This document shows positions 1 through 11,072 of a stretch of 64,000 nt of DNA, piece by piece. The notes below the pieces were generated by a model. It was given only the letters and a program-made list of their open reading frames with translations, had not been told where the DNA came from and ran no database searches. The stretch lies in IMG/VR virus record IMGVR_UViG_3300034683_000142, positions 34,885-98,884 of that record; one strand, given 5' to 3'. Position numbers and translations under genes: made by a program. This DNA comes from a virus. Each line of letters opens with the position of its first letter. Position 1 is the stretch's first letter.

Positions 1-897
1 ACAGCAGGACAATTTACTGGTATTCAACCAGTACCTGGACAAGATACAGATCATTGACTTAGGTTTGGAGAATCATTTGAAGCAATAGCTACAGGATTAA
101 TATTGGCAGAGAAAGCTAATATAGCTGGTTTTGCTTTTGTAGATCAAACAATGATTTCTCAAAATGGGATAGATGCTAATGGTAATGCAGTTAGTTTGGG
201 ATCTGATAACACTCCACCGTCTGGATATATACCTAATTTATTAATAGATGGTGTAAATGGAGTAATATCTGCAAGTGCTAATAAAGTAAGATTTAATGCT
301 GATGGTTCAGGTTATTTAGCTAATAATAAAATACATTGAGAAGCAGATGGTTCTGGATATATAGCAAATAATGGAATACATTGAGATACTGCTGGTAATT
401 TAACAGTAAATGGACAATTATTTACAGGTACTCCAGTTGGGGGTATTTATCCAAATGAAATAAGATCTGATGGTAGTGGACGTTTAGCAAATGGAAATAT
501 TTCATGGGGTACAAGTGGAGATGTAGCTATTAGGGGGTTATTTGAAAGTACGGCAAATGGAGATAGAATAATTATTTCTCCTAGTGAAAAAAAATTTAAG
601 ATGATTAACTCAAATAATAGAGTTGTTGTCGATATGGCATTTTATAATGACCCTGATGATGGTTCATCTGCTAATTTTTTATTATATAATTATGATATAA
701 ATGGAAATAAAATTGGTCAAACTCAAATGTTTGGGGGCAGATTAATTCTTAGCGGCGTTTCATCATTTTTTGATATTGCATTTTTAGATGGACAATTGCA
801 ATGGATAATTGATGTTGGCAATTTACCTTCATCTTCAAGTGGATTATATTATGGGCAGATATATAGAAACGGAAGTACACTATGTGTAAAAATTTAA
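1..897 (+). CDS. Tail/tail-fibre protein, C-terminal part (5'-truncated by the window; TGA=Trp at 337 and 382)
   Basis: Frame-1 ORF is open from base 1 to TAA at 897 if TGA is Trp. It has three DGSGx(L/I)ANxxI-x-W repeats and a C-terminal LPSSSSGLYYGQIYRNGSTLCVKI motif resembling Bacteroides phage fibre ends. Confidence 0.65.
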
Positions 898-908
898 ACA
901 TAAAAAAT

Positions 909-1174
909 ATGAAAACAGCAGATTTATCAAAATTACAGATTGAGATGATTGATGGGTCGATTATGTAATATAACTTGTCAAAAGAATTGGTGGAAGTCAT
1001 ATTTAAACGATGCAAAGTTTGGCAGAACATTCGTTTTGTTTAGGCCTATACAAGAATCTGATTGTTGAGTTGACAGACGAAAACAAGGCTATTATTGAAA
1101 AATATGTCGGCCAATATTTTAAAGCATTTATACAAATTGCGGTTAACAAATTATTGAGCAATGAAAATAATTAG
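909..1174 (+). pseudogene. Disrupted small phage protein (fibre-adjacent family)
   Basis: ATG at 909 gives MKTADLSKLQIEMIDGSIM, then in-frame TAA at 966-968, then YNLSKELVEVIFK. A frameshift near 1008 continues into TMQSLAEHSFCLGLYKNLIVELTDENKAIIEKYVGQYFKAFIQIAVNKLLSNENN and TAG at 1174. Confidence 0.55.
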
Positions 1175-1478
1175 AAACAACATCATCCCATTTCAAGGAT
1201 TTAAAGCAATAAATCTTTTTGGTATATTGTTTGTCAGAAAGAATGCTTATATAGATAAATATACTCTTAATCATGAAGAAATTCATACATATCAAATGAA
1301 AGAATTACTTTATATATTCTTTTATATTTGGTATGTTATAGAATGAATAATTAAGTTATTTAAATATTCAAGCAAAGCATATAGAAATATAAGTTTTGAA
1401 AGAGAAGCTTATGATAATGATAGAGATTTGAATTATTTAAAAACTAGAAAGAGGTTTTCTTTCATTAGATATTTATAA
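1161..1478 (+). CDS. HExxH zincin-like membrane-associated protein, 105 aa (TGA=Trp at 1344)
   Basis: NHEEIH motif. Read-through gives FYIWYVIE-W-IIKL...AYRNISFEREAY, the typical end of this Bacteroidota/phage family. TAA at 1476-1478. Confidence 0.75.
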
Positions 1479-1479
1479 A

Positions 1480-1959
1480 ATGACAATACAAGAAAATTAC
1501 TTAGCATATTTACAAACTGCTAATGCTCCTCTAAAAATTCCATATATAGAATGTGTTAAAGAGTTAACTGAGAAAATTCCAGTAACTTATGACACTACCT
1601 CTAGCTCTAATGTATTATTATCAAATGTTACTCCTACTTGAGAGCTACTAAGGGATATTAATGTTAAGATGCTTAGTAAAACAAAAGAAATAGTAGTACA
1701 AATGTATCAAAGAGCATTACCAATTAAAAAATTCGGAAGGTTAAGAGGTAATATGGAATATTTAGAGGATGCTTGGGATATACAGATACAACCTATAGTT
1801 ATTAAATATGCTTATTTAAAAAACAATGCACTTACTTTATCTGAAGCTAGGCAAGCTAAAATACGTGATAAGTATCTTAAAGTAAGAGTAAGATATGATG
1901 GAACTAAGTACGTTATAGTGAATGCAATAAAAACATATTATACTGTATCATATGCCTAA
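1480..1959 (+). CDS. Virion structural protein resembling the C-terminus of the crAss tail stabilisation (muzzle) protein, 159 aa (one TGA)
   Basis: ATG at 1480 is in frame with ORF 1669..1959 through one TGA. Motifs GRLRGNMEYLEDAWDIQIQP and KIRDKYLKVRVRY. Confidence 0.55.
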
Positions 1960-3208
1960 TATTATAAATAACGGATATATAAATCCGTACTATCAATCTT
2001 ATTTACCTCCTACTAGATTTGATAATCCGTCTGCTTTAATAGAGGATAACAATAAAAAATGAATGTCTAATATACTAAAAATGCCAAAAGATTTATTTGG
2101 TAATACAGTATCTAATAATTTATTTGGACAAAGTGTATCAACTGTTCCAGCTAATAATAATAATCTTACTTCTGGATTAACTTCTTATTTAGCTGGACAA
2201 GCTGCTAGCCAAGTTACTAAAAATCCTAGTATATTATCAGATTTAGGTAAATTTCTAGGAGGTAACTTTAGTAAGTTGCTTGGACAAGGAGGAACTGATG
2301 TTGTAAAAAATTTAACCAATTTCTCAACATTTAGTCCAAATGGGTTAATTAGTGTAGGAGGTAGTTTAGCTGGAATTGGTTTGGAAGCATTAGGAGTAAA
2401 TAAAGCTAATTCAAATAATCTTAGTGGTTTTGATAAAGTATTAGGATTTGCTTCAAAGTTACCAATACCAAATCCTGTAGTATCAGGTGTACTAACTGGA
2501 GCTAATTTAATAAATCAGTATGCTGGAAAAACTTCTAAGAAACAAGGTACTGCTGATATGGGAAGTATATTAGGATATGGACAAGCTGATGTAAATCAAA
2601 ATGCAAATACTAAATATACTTTATCTGATACTGTAAAAGGATGATTTGGAAAAAGTAAAAGAGAAAAAACTAATGATTTAACTAAGTATTATGATGCTTC
2701 TAATATATTAAAATCAATTCCTGGATATGATTATTTACAAAATATGAGAGCTGCTAATAACTCAGTATCTCATATAAGTCAAAGGAATTTACAGCAACTT
2801 TATGGAGGAGTTTCTACTAATATGTTAGTTGCTAGAAAAGGCACAAAGTTACATCTTAGAAGAATAATTGATAAAGCATCTCCTCATAATGTTATACCAG
2901 ACGGAGCTTTTCACTCTAGAAAAAATAATTTGCCAGAAGAAATATCTGAACAAGTAACTTCTAAAGGTATCCCTGTAATAACAGAAGAAGATGGTGGTAA
3001 AATAAAGCAACATGCTGAAATAGAAAGGAATGAGATTATATTTCATAAAGGAGCTACTGATAAAATAGAACATTTTCTATCTTTATATAATAAAGCAGAA
3101 GACCAAAAAGAGAAAGATAGAATAGCTACTGAATGTGGTAAGTATATAGCACATGAAATATTGTTAAATACTAAAGATAATACTGGTTTAATTGATAACA
3201 TTAAATAA
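1952..3208 (+). CDS. Putative virion cargo protein, 418 aa (two TGA)
   Basis: ATG at 1952 joins ORFs 2063..2644 and 2744..3208 in one frame through TGAs. Gly-rich N-half; NVIPDGAFHSRKNNL...AEIERNEIIF motif. Confidence 0.7.
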
Positions 3209-3209
3209 T

Positions 3210-3428
3210 ATGGATTATTTAGCAAGTTATAAAGCAGAAGAATATAAAAGAAAATATAAAAAAGGTGGTAAAATTCACATAAAGCCAGAAAATAAAGGTA
3301 AGTTTACTGATTATTGTGGTGGGAAGGTTACTGCTGAATGTATAGCTAGAGGCAAAAGAAGTCCTGATCCTAAGATTAGAAAAAGAGCCACTTTTGCTCA
3401 AAATGCTAGAAAATGGAATCATAAATAA
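3210..3428 (+). CDS. Small basic conserved phage protein (IHIKPENKGKFT family)
   Basis: ATG at 3210. KKGGKIHIKPENKGKFT...RKRATFAQNARKW motif. Confidence 0.75.
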   Translation: MDYLASYKAEEYKRKYKKGGKIHIKPENKGKFTDYCGGKVTAECIARGKRSPDPKIRKRATFAQNARKWNHK

Positions 3429-3437
3429 TAAAAAATA

Positions 3438-4607
3438 ATGGAACAAACTAATACTGTTAAAGCATCCTTATTCGACTTATTAGATAATTATAGAAAAAAG
3501 ATTTTTAAAGAAAATCCTGAAGAGAGTCCTAAAGAAGAAAATACAATATTACGTAGTAATATATCTGGGCCAGAAGAATATGAGAAAGCTTGACAAGAGT
3601 ATTTAAAAATTAATCCAGAAGCATCTCAGTATAAAGACATTCTTACTAGGATAGCTAAAAAAGAAAGTAGTTTTAGAAATATACAGAATACTGCTGGTGC
3701 TCCTGCATATGGGTATTTTCAGTTATGAGAGACTAATCTTGGTGGATTAAAACCACAAGAAGTTCTAGCTAATCCAGTAAAACAAATAGATTTAGCAGTA
3801 AATTTATTACAAAACAATAGAAAATCTCTAACTAAAGAAGATTTAGAAAAGCTATCTGAATTTGGTTATACTCCAGAAGGAGCAGATTTTGCTATGTGGC
3901 TTGGTGGTTATGGAGGATTAAAGAAATATCTCTATAAGGGTATAGACAGTTCTGATTCTAAGTATTATGGTGGAAAAGGAGGATCTTCTGTAGGTAAATA
4001 CATAAGAATGGCTAAAAAAGGAGGTCAGTTTAGAGATATTGAGCTTATTGAATTAGCAGGAAAAGAATACTATGTAGAAATAGTAGAAGATGAGGAAGAT
4101 AAAGTTATTGGATTATCAAATAGAGATTCTTTACCAGAAGATGAAGGAATGCTATTTATAATAAATGATGATGAAAAAGATAGTAATGGAAGAGTATTGT
4201 TTACTATGGAAGACACTAAGATACCGCTAGATATTATCTTTTTAGATAATGATCTTAGAGTAACTCAAGTTTCTAAAGGAAAGCCTATGTCACCTAAACC
4301 AATATATGGAAAGGGAGACTATGTATTAGAAGTAAATAGTGGATCTGGAGCTAAAATAGGGGATGATTTAGAATTTATTTCTGATTTAGAAGTAAATAAA
4401 AAAATGATAGTTTTAGATCCAGAGGGTAAACCACAAATGATATTAGATGGCGGTGAGAGAATAATGAGTATTGATAATACTAAGGTATTGATAAAGTTTG
4501 CTAAAAAAGCAACTTCTTCAAATAATGATAATGATTATAAGTCTCTTGGAAAAAGAGTATTTAAGTTTATAGAGATACAAGATAACACTCCAGCAGAGTA
4601 TGTGTAA
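3438..4607 (+). CDS. Lytic transglycosylase (SLT-like) domain fused to a DUF192 domain, 389 aa (two TGA)
   Basis: ATG at 3438 is in frame with 3894..4607. SLT motifs: IAKKESSF (catalytic ES) and AYGYFQL. DUF192 motifs: GLSNRDSLPEDEGMLF, FTMEDTKIPLDIIF and YVLEVNSG. Confidence 0.75.
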
Positions 4608-4628
4608 ATTAATTAATTAAAACTAAAA

Positions 4629-4868
4629 ATGAGAGTAAAATTACAACAGGGTGGCCAAATGCCACAGGATGCTCCTCAGGGTGCTCCACAGGAACAACAA
4701 GCTTCTCCAGAAGAACAGATAGCTATGATGGCTCAGGAAATAGTAAGACAATTAGGCCCTGATGGTGCTGCATTGTTAGCTCAAGCTATTATGTCTATTT
4801 TACAACAGGCACCACAGCAAGCTCCTGCTTATGCAAGGAAGGGTGGAAAATTAGTAAGAATTGGGTAG
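4629..4868 (+). CDS. Small Gln/Pro/Ala-rich virion protein
   Basis: 79-aa ORF bracketed by LQQGG and ARKGGKL motifs. Confidence 0.7.
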   Translation: MRVKLQQGGQMPQDAPQGAPQEQQASPEEQIAMMAQEIVRQLGPDGAALLAQAIMSILQQAPQQAPAYARKGGKLVRIG

Positions 4869-4874
4869 CTAACT

Positions 4875-4912
4875 AATAAAGAGAAGGCTATATTAGTCTT
4901 CTCTTTATTTTT
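4875..4912 (+). terminator. Rho-independent terminator
   Basis: AATAAAGAGAAGGCTA-TAT-TAGTCTTCTCTTTATT hairpin ending in a T-run. Confidence 0.7.
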
Positions 4913-4926
4913 AATTTATTAATAAA

Positions 4927-7900
4927 ATGGGATTAGTAAAAAAATATGATAATGGAGGTAGTTTTGCAGATTATGTTAAAGAAAGGCTTGCTAAAGGGGA
5001 CTTACCTTTAACTAATAAATCTTATCCGATAATTAATCAGAGACTACAAAGCTTTGATGGAAGCACTGTTTCTGGTAATGTTAAAAAGAATTGGGCAGGT
5101 CAAATAGTTGCTAATACTCCAGAAGAAGCTGATGCTTTTCTTGCGAATTTATATCAAGATTACAAAAAAATTACCTCTAACGTATCCCCAATAACTCCTA
5201 AAGAAGGATGAGGGCCAGTAGAAAGATCTATAGGTGATTTAGCTACATATGTAGCTAATAAAGACTTTGGTGGAAATACAGAATACGCAGCTCAAGAAAT
5301 AGCAAAAATGAAAGATAACAATCAAGTTAAAAGGTATGTTGCAAAACATGCTAAAGACTTGCTTAGTGATTATATAAATAAAGCTGCACAAAATCCATCT
5401 GACAATTGAAGAGACTTAGACAAAGTTAAAAATATATACTCTAATATAGCTAATATTGATTATAATAATCTAACAGACGATGATTGGGATAAATTAAAAG
5501 CATGGACTAATCAATTAGATTGGCAAACAGGTAGATTTCTTATACCAGATACAGAATTAGCTAGAAGAGAGGAAGAAACTAAAGCTAAAGAAGAAGCTGA
5601 AAAAATAAATAATATATCTAATACTTTAAAAGATATAGGTATTACAGATGAAAATGTACAAAATTACTTGTATCAATCTGGATATACTAAACCAGCTGAT
5701 AATTTAAATCCTTACCTAAGTAATTATCTTAAAAGTAAAAATTATACTGCATTAACAAATGGACAAGGATATAAGATAATAGGTAATAATAATTTAGTAA
5801 CTAATGAATCTGGATTACTTACAACTGATGTTTTATCTCCAGACTATGGAAAAACTTTTTCTATAGTAAATGGTGACCTAATAATACACGAAAAAGGTGT
5901 AAGACCAGAGAATTTTAAATTACCAGAATTTCCTGATGAAGGAGATGTATCTAAACAGCTAATATTTAAACAAGATATACCTGAGTTTAGTTCACAAGAA
6001 GGATGGATAGCTTATGGAGATTCTGGTAGTTCACTAAAAGGTGAAACTGCTAGAGATGAATTTGGTAGAAGAGATTTTCTAAAAAATATAATTTTTATCA
6101 ATAAAGATAAAAAACAACTGATTAGGGCTATTAGACAAGATGATGGTACTTATAAAACTCCAACTGGAGTTATTAAAATACCAGAAATTGAACGATTTGG
6201 TTCAACAATAAGATTTGAACCAAGATCTGAAGATGTATTATGGAATAATCCTACATTACCACTTAAAAATATACCGTTACGTGTGCTACCAAAATATAAC
6301 AAACCAGGATATCTTGAAAAAGTATTAAAGGACTTATCTGAAATAGAGCAAGCTTTAGATAATAGCATTAATAAAGAAAATGATGCAGATATAAATCAAA
6401 AGAAATTAAAAGAAATTGCTCAAGCTTTAAAGTATTATGGAGTATATGGCAATCCTGAACAAAAGAGAATTGCTGATCAAAATTCTGCAAAACTTAGTAA
6501 AATAGCTGCAATTACAAATCCAGAAGGCAAAAAATTATTTTCTTTATACAAGAAAGGTGGAATACTAAAAGCACAAAATGGAGATACTCTAGAAAATATA
6601 GTAAAAACTAATAGACAGTATGCTATAAATACACAGCCTACTACTAATAAAGCTGCAACACAGCCACTTGTTATTAAAGGAGTAAAAGATACTTCAAGAG
6701 CAATAAAGAATGCTGATGCTTTAGATATTGTATCATTAGCTGGATCTACAGCATCCTTTATTCCTGGACTTGGGGTAATAGGTGGACTAGTCTCAACTGG
6801 TGCTGATGCTATAAAAGGATATAAAGAAGGATGGGATAGACAAGATACTATGAATTTATTTGGTAATCTAGGATTTACTTTATTAGCTGGATTAGGCTTT
6901 GGTGCAGCAAAAGCTGGAAAAGTAGCTAAGCAAGCTAAAACTGTTTATAAAGGAGCAAAAAGTTTAGACCAAGCAGAAGACTTAGTAAAAATGGCTAAAA
7001 ATCTAGGAGGTGCAGATGAAGTTGTTAAGTCAGCTGAAAATCTTACAAAGGTTGGAAAAAATCTAGGAGAAGATGTTAAACTAAGTAAGTTTATAAACAG
7101 TAATAAAGCATTTAAAGATACAAAGAAAGTAGAAAAACTAAATGATGCTCTTAAATCTGCTGGATATTCTGAAGCTAGAAATTCAGAGGAATTGTGACAA
7201 GTATTAGGTAGAGATTTAGATAATGTAGCTGATTTAGCAAAGTTAAAACAAAGTACAATTGTTAATGAAACTAGAGAAGCTATAGAAGGTGCTAAAAAGG
7301 CAGGAAACTTTGTAATAAACAAAAGCTCTGGTGTAGCAAAAACAATTCTTCCATTATATACAGGGTATGCTGGAATTACAGGTGCTGGAAATTTGGTATC
7401 TAATGTAAGAGAAGATGGTTTAGCTGGTGTAGGAAATACTTCAATAGATGATATTAGAAGTATGATACAGTTAGGAGGTTTATCAAGAATAGGTTATAAA
7501 AACAGACAATATTCTACTTCTAGAAATTTAAATACTCATGTAGTAGGTGGAACTACTCCTGAAACTACTATAAAAGTAGATGGTAAATCATTTAAAGTAG
7601 AAGGTGATGTAAGACAAAAAGGACTAAATAAAGGAATAAATGTTTTAGGCAAGAAAACTGTTTTTGCTGGTAAATCACAAGAAGCTAAAAAAGAATTTCT
7701 AGAAAAGGTAAAGAAAAATTTATCCGATAAAGATAAGGAAGCTTTAGAAAAAATACTCAATAAAGAATCTATAGGTAAGATAGAATTTGAATTTTCTCCA
7801 AGTACAGGAGGCACTGTTGTACTAAATGATGCTCCTACATCTCTTAAATATAAAGATGTTAAGTCTTATAATATAGCTAAGAAGCAATTAGAAGGAGGAT

Positions 7901-9174
7901 ATAGTCAATATGGTACTATTGGAAGGCTGCTTAATAAAAAAGTTCCTAAGAAAGATATAGGCGGTTTATTGAGTATTTTAGGAGACAGTAAAAAACAATA
8001 TAAATTATCTTATGATAATCCATTATCTAATAAATCTTGGTATAAAGGGTTAAATAGTAATACAAATACATTTGAGAATATGTATTCTAGAATAAATTTA
8101 CCAAAAACTTTATCAGATACTAGGAATAATACAAGTACTAATACATTTGAACAATTTACTCCAGTTCCATATACTAAAAAACCATATAAAGATTTAGGAT
8201 TGTTCTTTAACACTTTACAATATGGGCTTACCAATTTATATAATGATAAGTCAACAAATTTACAAGTAAGAGCAGCTACTGAAATTCCTAAGTTAAGTAC
8301 TATGGATTATACTTATTTAAAAACAAGTACTCCATATAGTAATTATGCTTCTAAGCAAGCAGCAGAAATGAGGGGATATGGTAACAGGTTAGGAACTTCT
8401 ATAGCTGATATAGATAAAGCAAATGCTTATAGGTTACAAGCTAATAAACAAGCATCAGATACCGAACTTCAAGGCAAGTATAGAGATATAGATATGAATA
8501 CTAAAATAACTAGTCAGCAAGCTGATTTAAATAGTAGGGTAAATACTTATAATACAGATATTATGAATAAAATATCTGCGCTTGGTTCTCAGGCTAGAAG
8601 TAATGTATATAAACTATATGCTAATAATGCTGCTGTAAAAAATGCTAATATTCAAAATTTATTAAGATATTTAACATATAGTTCAGCTGAAAGACCTTAT
8701 AAAGAGGCTTCATGGAATTATATGCAAGAAACTCTTAATCCTAATATTATGAATGCTTATAACTATGAGCAGAAGTTGAATGGAGAGATATTAGATGACT
8801 TTAAAAAGGAGTATGATGAGTATTATGGTAAATTAGAAAAAACATCTCCAGAATATCTTAATAGACCTAAGTTTGAAGACTCTCCTGGGGGTAGAAAATA
8901 TAAAGAAGTAAAAGATGCTCATCAAAACTTAATAAATTCTTTAAATACTAATTTACTTACTTTACAAAGAGGAGTAGCAGCAGTATCTCCATATGGTATG
9001 GCAACAACTCCATACTATGCAAGAGGTGGCACTTTAAATCTTGGTGAAAGAATTGTATTAGAGAATGTTAAAACTTCTAATAGAAAAGCTCTAAAACGTG
9101 AAGAAATGTTTTATAGGCAACTTTTAAATAATAATAAGTTAGTACAAGCAGCCTTAATAAAAGTGTTTAAATAA
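4927..9174 (+). CDS. Large virion cargo/ejection protein, ~1415 aa (three TGA)
   Basis: ORFs 4927, 5668 and 7393 share one frame and are separated by TGA. Gly/Ala-rich hydrophobic segments (SFIPGLGVIGGLVSTG; GFTLLAGLGFGAA) and several xxGG motifs. Confidence 0.75.
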
Positions 9175-11072
9175 TGAAGTATAAAAAATTACAACAAGGG
9201 GGATTACTTGTGTATCAACCCACAATTGTCCCATCATCTAGTATGCCAGCAGCTCAAAGTGGAGCTGTTGGCTCTACTGGTAATAAGAGTAGTATATTAG
9301 ATGATGATATAGTAAAACAATTATCTGGGGTAGAAGGATTAACTAATGATACTAATGCCTTAATCTCCCAATTAGCACAACTAGAATCATCTTCAAATCC
9401 TTTCTTAAGTAGGCAAAATAGAACAAAAGCATTAGCTATTATAGGAAGAATTAATGAGCTTAAACAAAATAAGTTTATGTGAGAAAAATCTTATAATACG
9501 GCTAAAGAATCTAAGGGCTTAAATGAAGTTGCTGTTGGAGATCTTGGAGAAATGTATGTAAAGGATAGTGAAGGAAATATAAAAGCAATTACTCCAGAAG
9601 AATATAAGAAGAATACAGATAGATATAGAGCTATGTCAGTAGCAGAATTGCTTGAAGAAAGAAATTCTAACCCAAATCTTACTGGAAAAAATGAAATATT
9701 TAATATAGCTAATAATTCTATTGGTATGGAAGAAATATCTAAATATGCCAATAGCATAGTAGCTGCTTTAGGTAAAGAAACAATAAAAGCTGCAAAAATA
9801 TATGATAGAGACAGTTTAGCATCTGCTTTAGATCAGTCTGGAAAAGATATTCAATTAACAGGAAGAAAAGCTACAAATGAAGAATTACAGGGATTAGCTA
9901 TACTAGAGTCTATGAAAGATAGTCCCTCTAATTATAATAAAGTTATTACCGAATCTAGTACAGAAAGAAATCATGTTTTAAAAGCAGCAAAATATATATG
10001 ATCTACATTAAATAATAGTGCTCAAAAGAAATTATCTGTTCAAGCAGCTTTAAACAATACTGATCCAACTAACTTATTAGTTGATTTAATAGTATTTGGA
10101 AGTGATGTTTCTAAGGATACTGATATTGTTCCTATAAAAGGAGGTGCTGGTTCAGGGTCTGGTTCTGGTGAAAGTTTAACTCATGCTACTCGTTTATCAC
10201 CATTTGAAATGTTTATAAGAGGTACTTTAAGTTCTGGAGCTACTATGAAATTTAACGATCCAGAATTTGCAGCTAAATATGAAGGACTGCTATTTGGACA
10301 AATGCCTTTAGTAACACCTAAAGGTGATCCTATTGGCCCAACAATTTTAGAAAATGTTCTTAAAAATGGAGAATATGAAAAGTATGTAGATAGAAATAAT
10401 ATATACTTTGGTAATAATAAAGTAAACATATGAAATACTAAAGAAATAGCTTTAGACGGTGGTTCCGAAGTAGCTCATGTTTTGTTACCAGTAGATAATA
10501 GTGGTAAACCAACCCAAGAATCACTAGAATCGTTTAGAAATGTTATGGATATCTACAACAAAAATAAAGATACTATGTCACCAGTAGAGATACAAAAACT
10601 ATTCAATCAACATAGATTTGATGTAACTGTGGATACAAATAAAAATGTAAAAGCTAGAATGATTGGAGGAAATGTGAAACCATTCTTGATAACATGAGGA
10701 TATACGACTGCCGCAGTTGATGACTTAGTAACCAACAATTTAAACTATAATAATGGAGGTCTTAGAAAAATTGAAAGTTCTGAAAAAGATGGTATTTGGC
10801 CTATATTAAAACAAGCCTGGACTGTAAAAGAAGGTAATAAAGTTAAAGTTAAAGATCCAAAAAGTTTTATGAAACAAGACCATGTATATAAAGGAATAAT
10901 ATTTATGCCACTTGTACAGAGTGCCGATGCAATAGCCTCAAGTTATGCTGGGCATGGGCCACTTAAACCAGCTTATACAGAAGAAGATGTTATGTATCAT
11001 GTTCAAAATAAATCAGGAACAAATTTTGTTCCATCAACAATAGAAGATATGGAGGATTCGTATGAATGATAA
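9174..11072 (+). CDS. Virion cargo protein, ~632 aa (TGA read-through)
   Basis: ORFs 9174, 9552, 10209, 10482 and 10869 share a frame and are separated by TGA. The gene ends TGA-TAA at 11067-11072. Confidence 0.75.

Noticed and set aside
600-897. Diversity-generating retroelement target at the fibre C-terminus
   Set aside because: No reverse transcriptase or template repeat is visible in this window.
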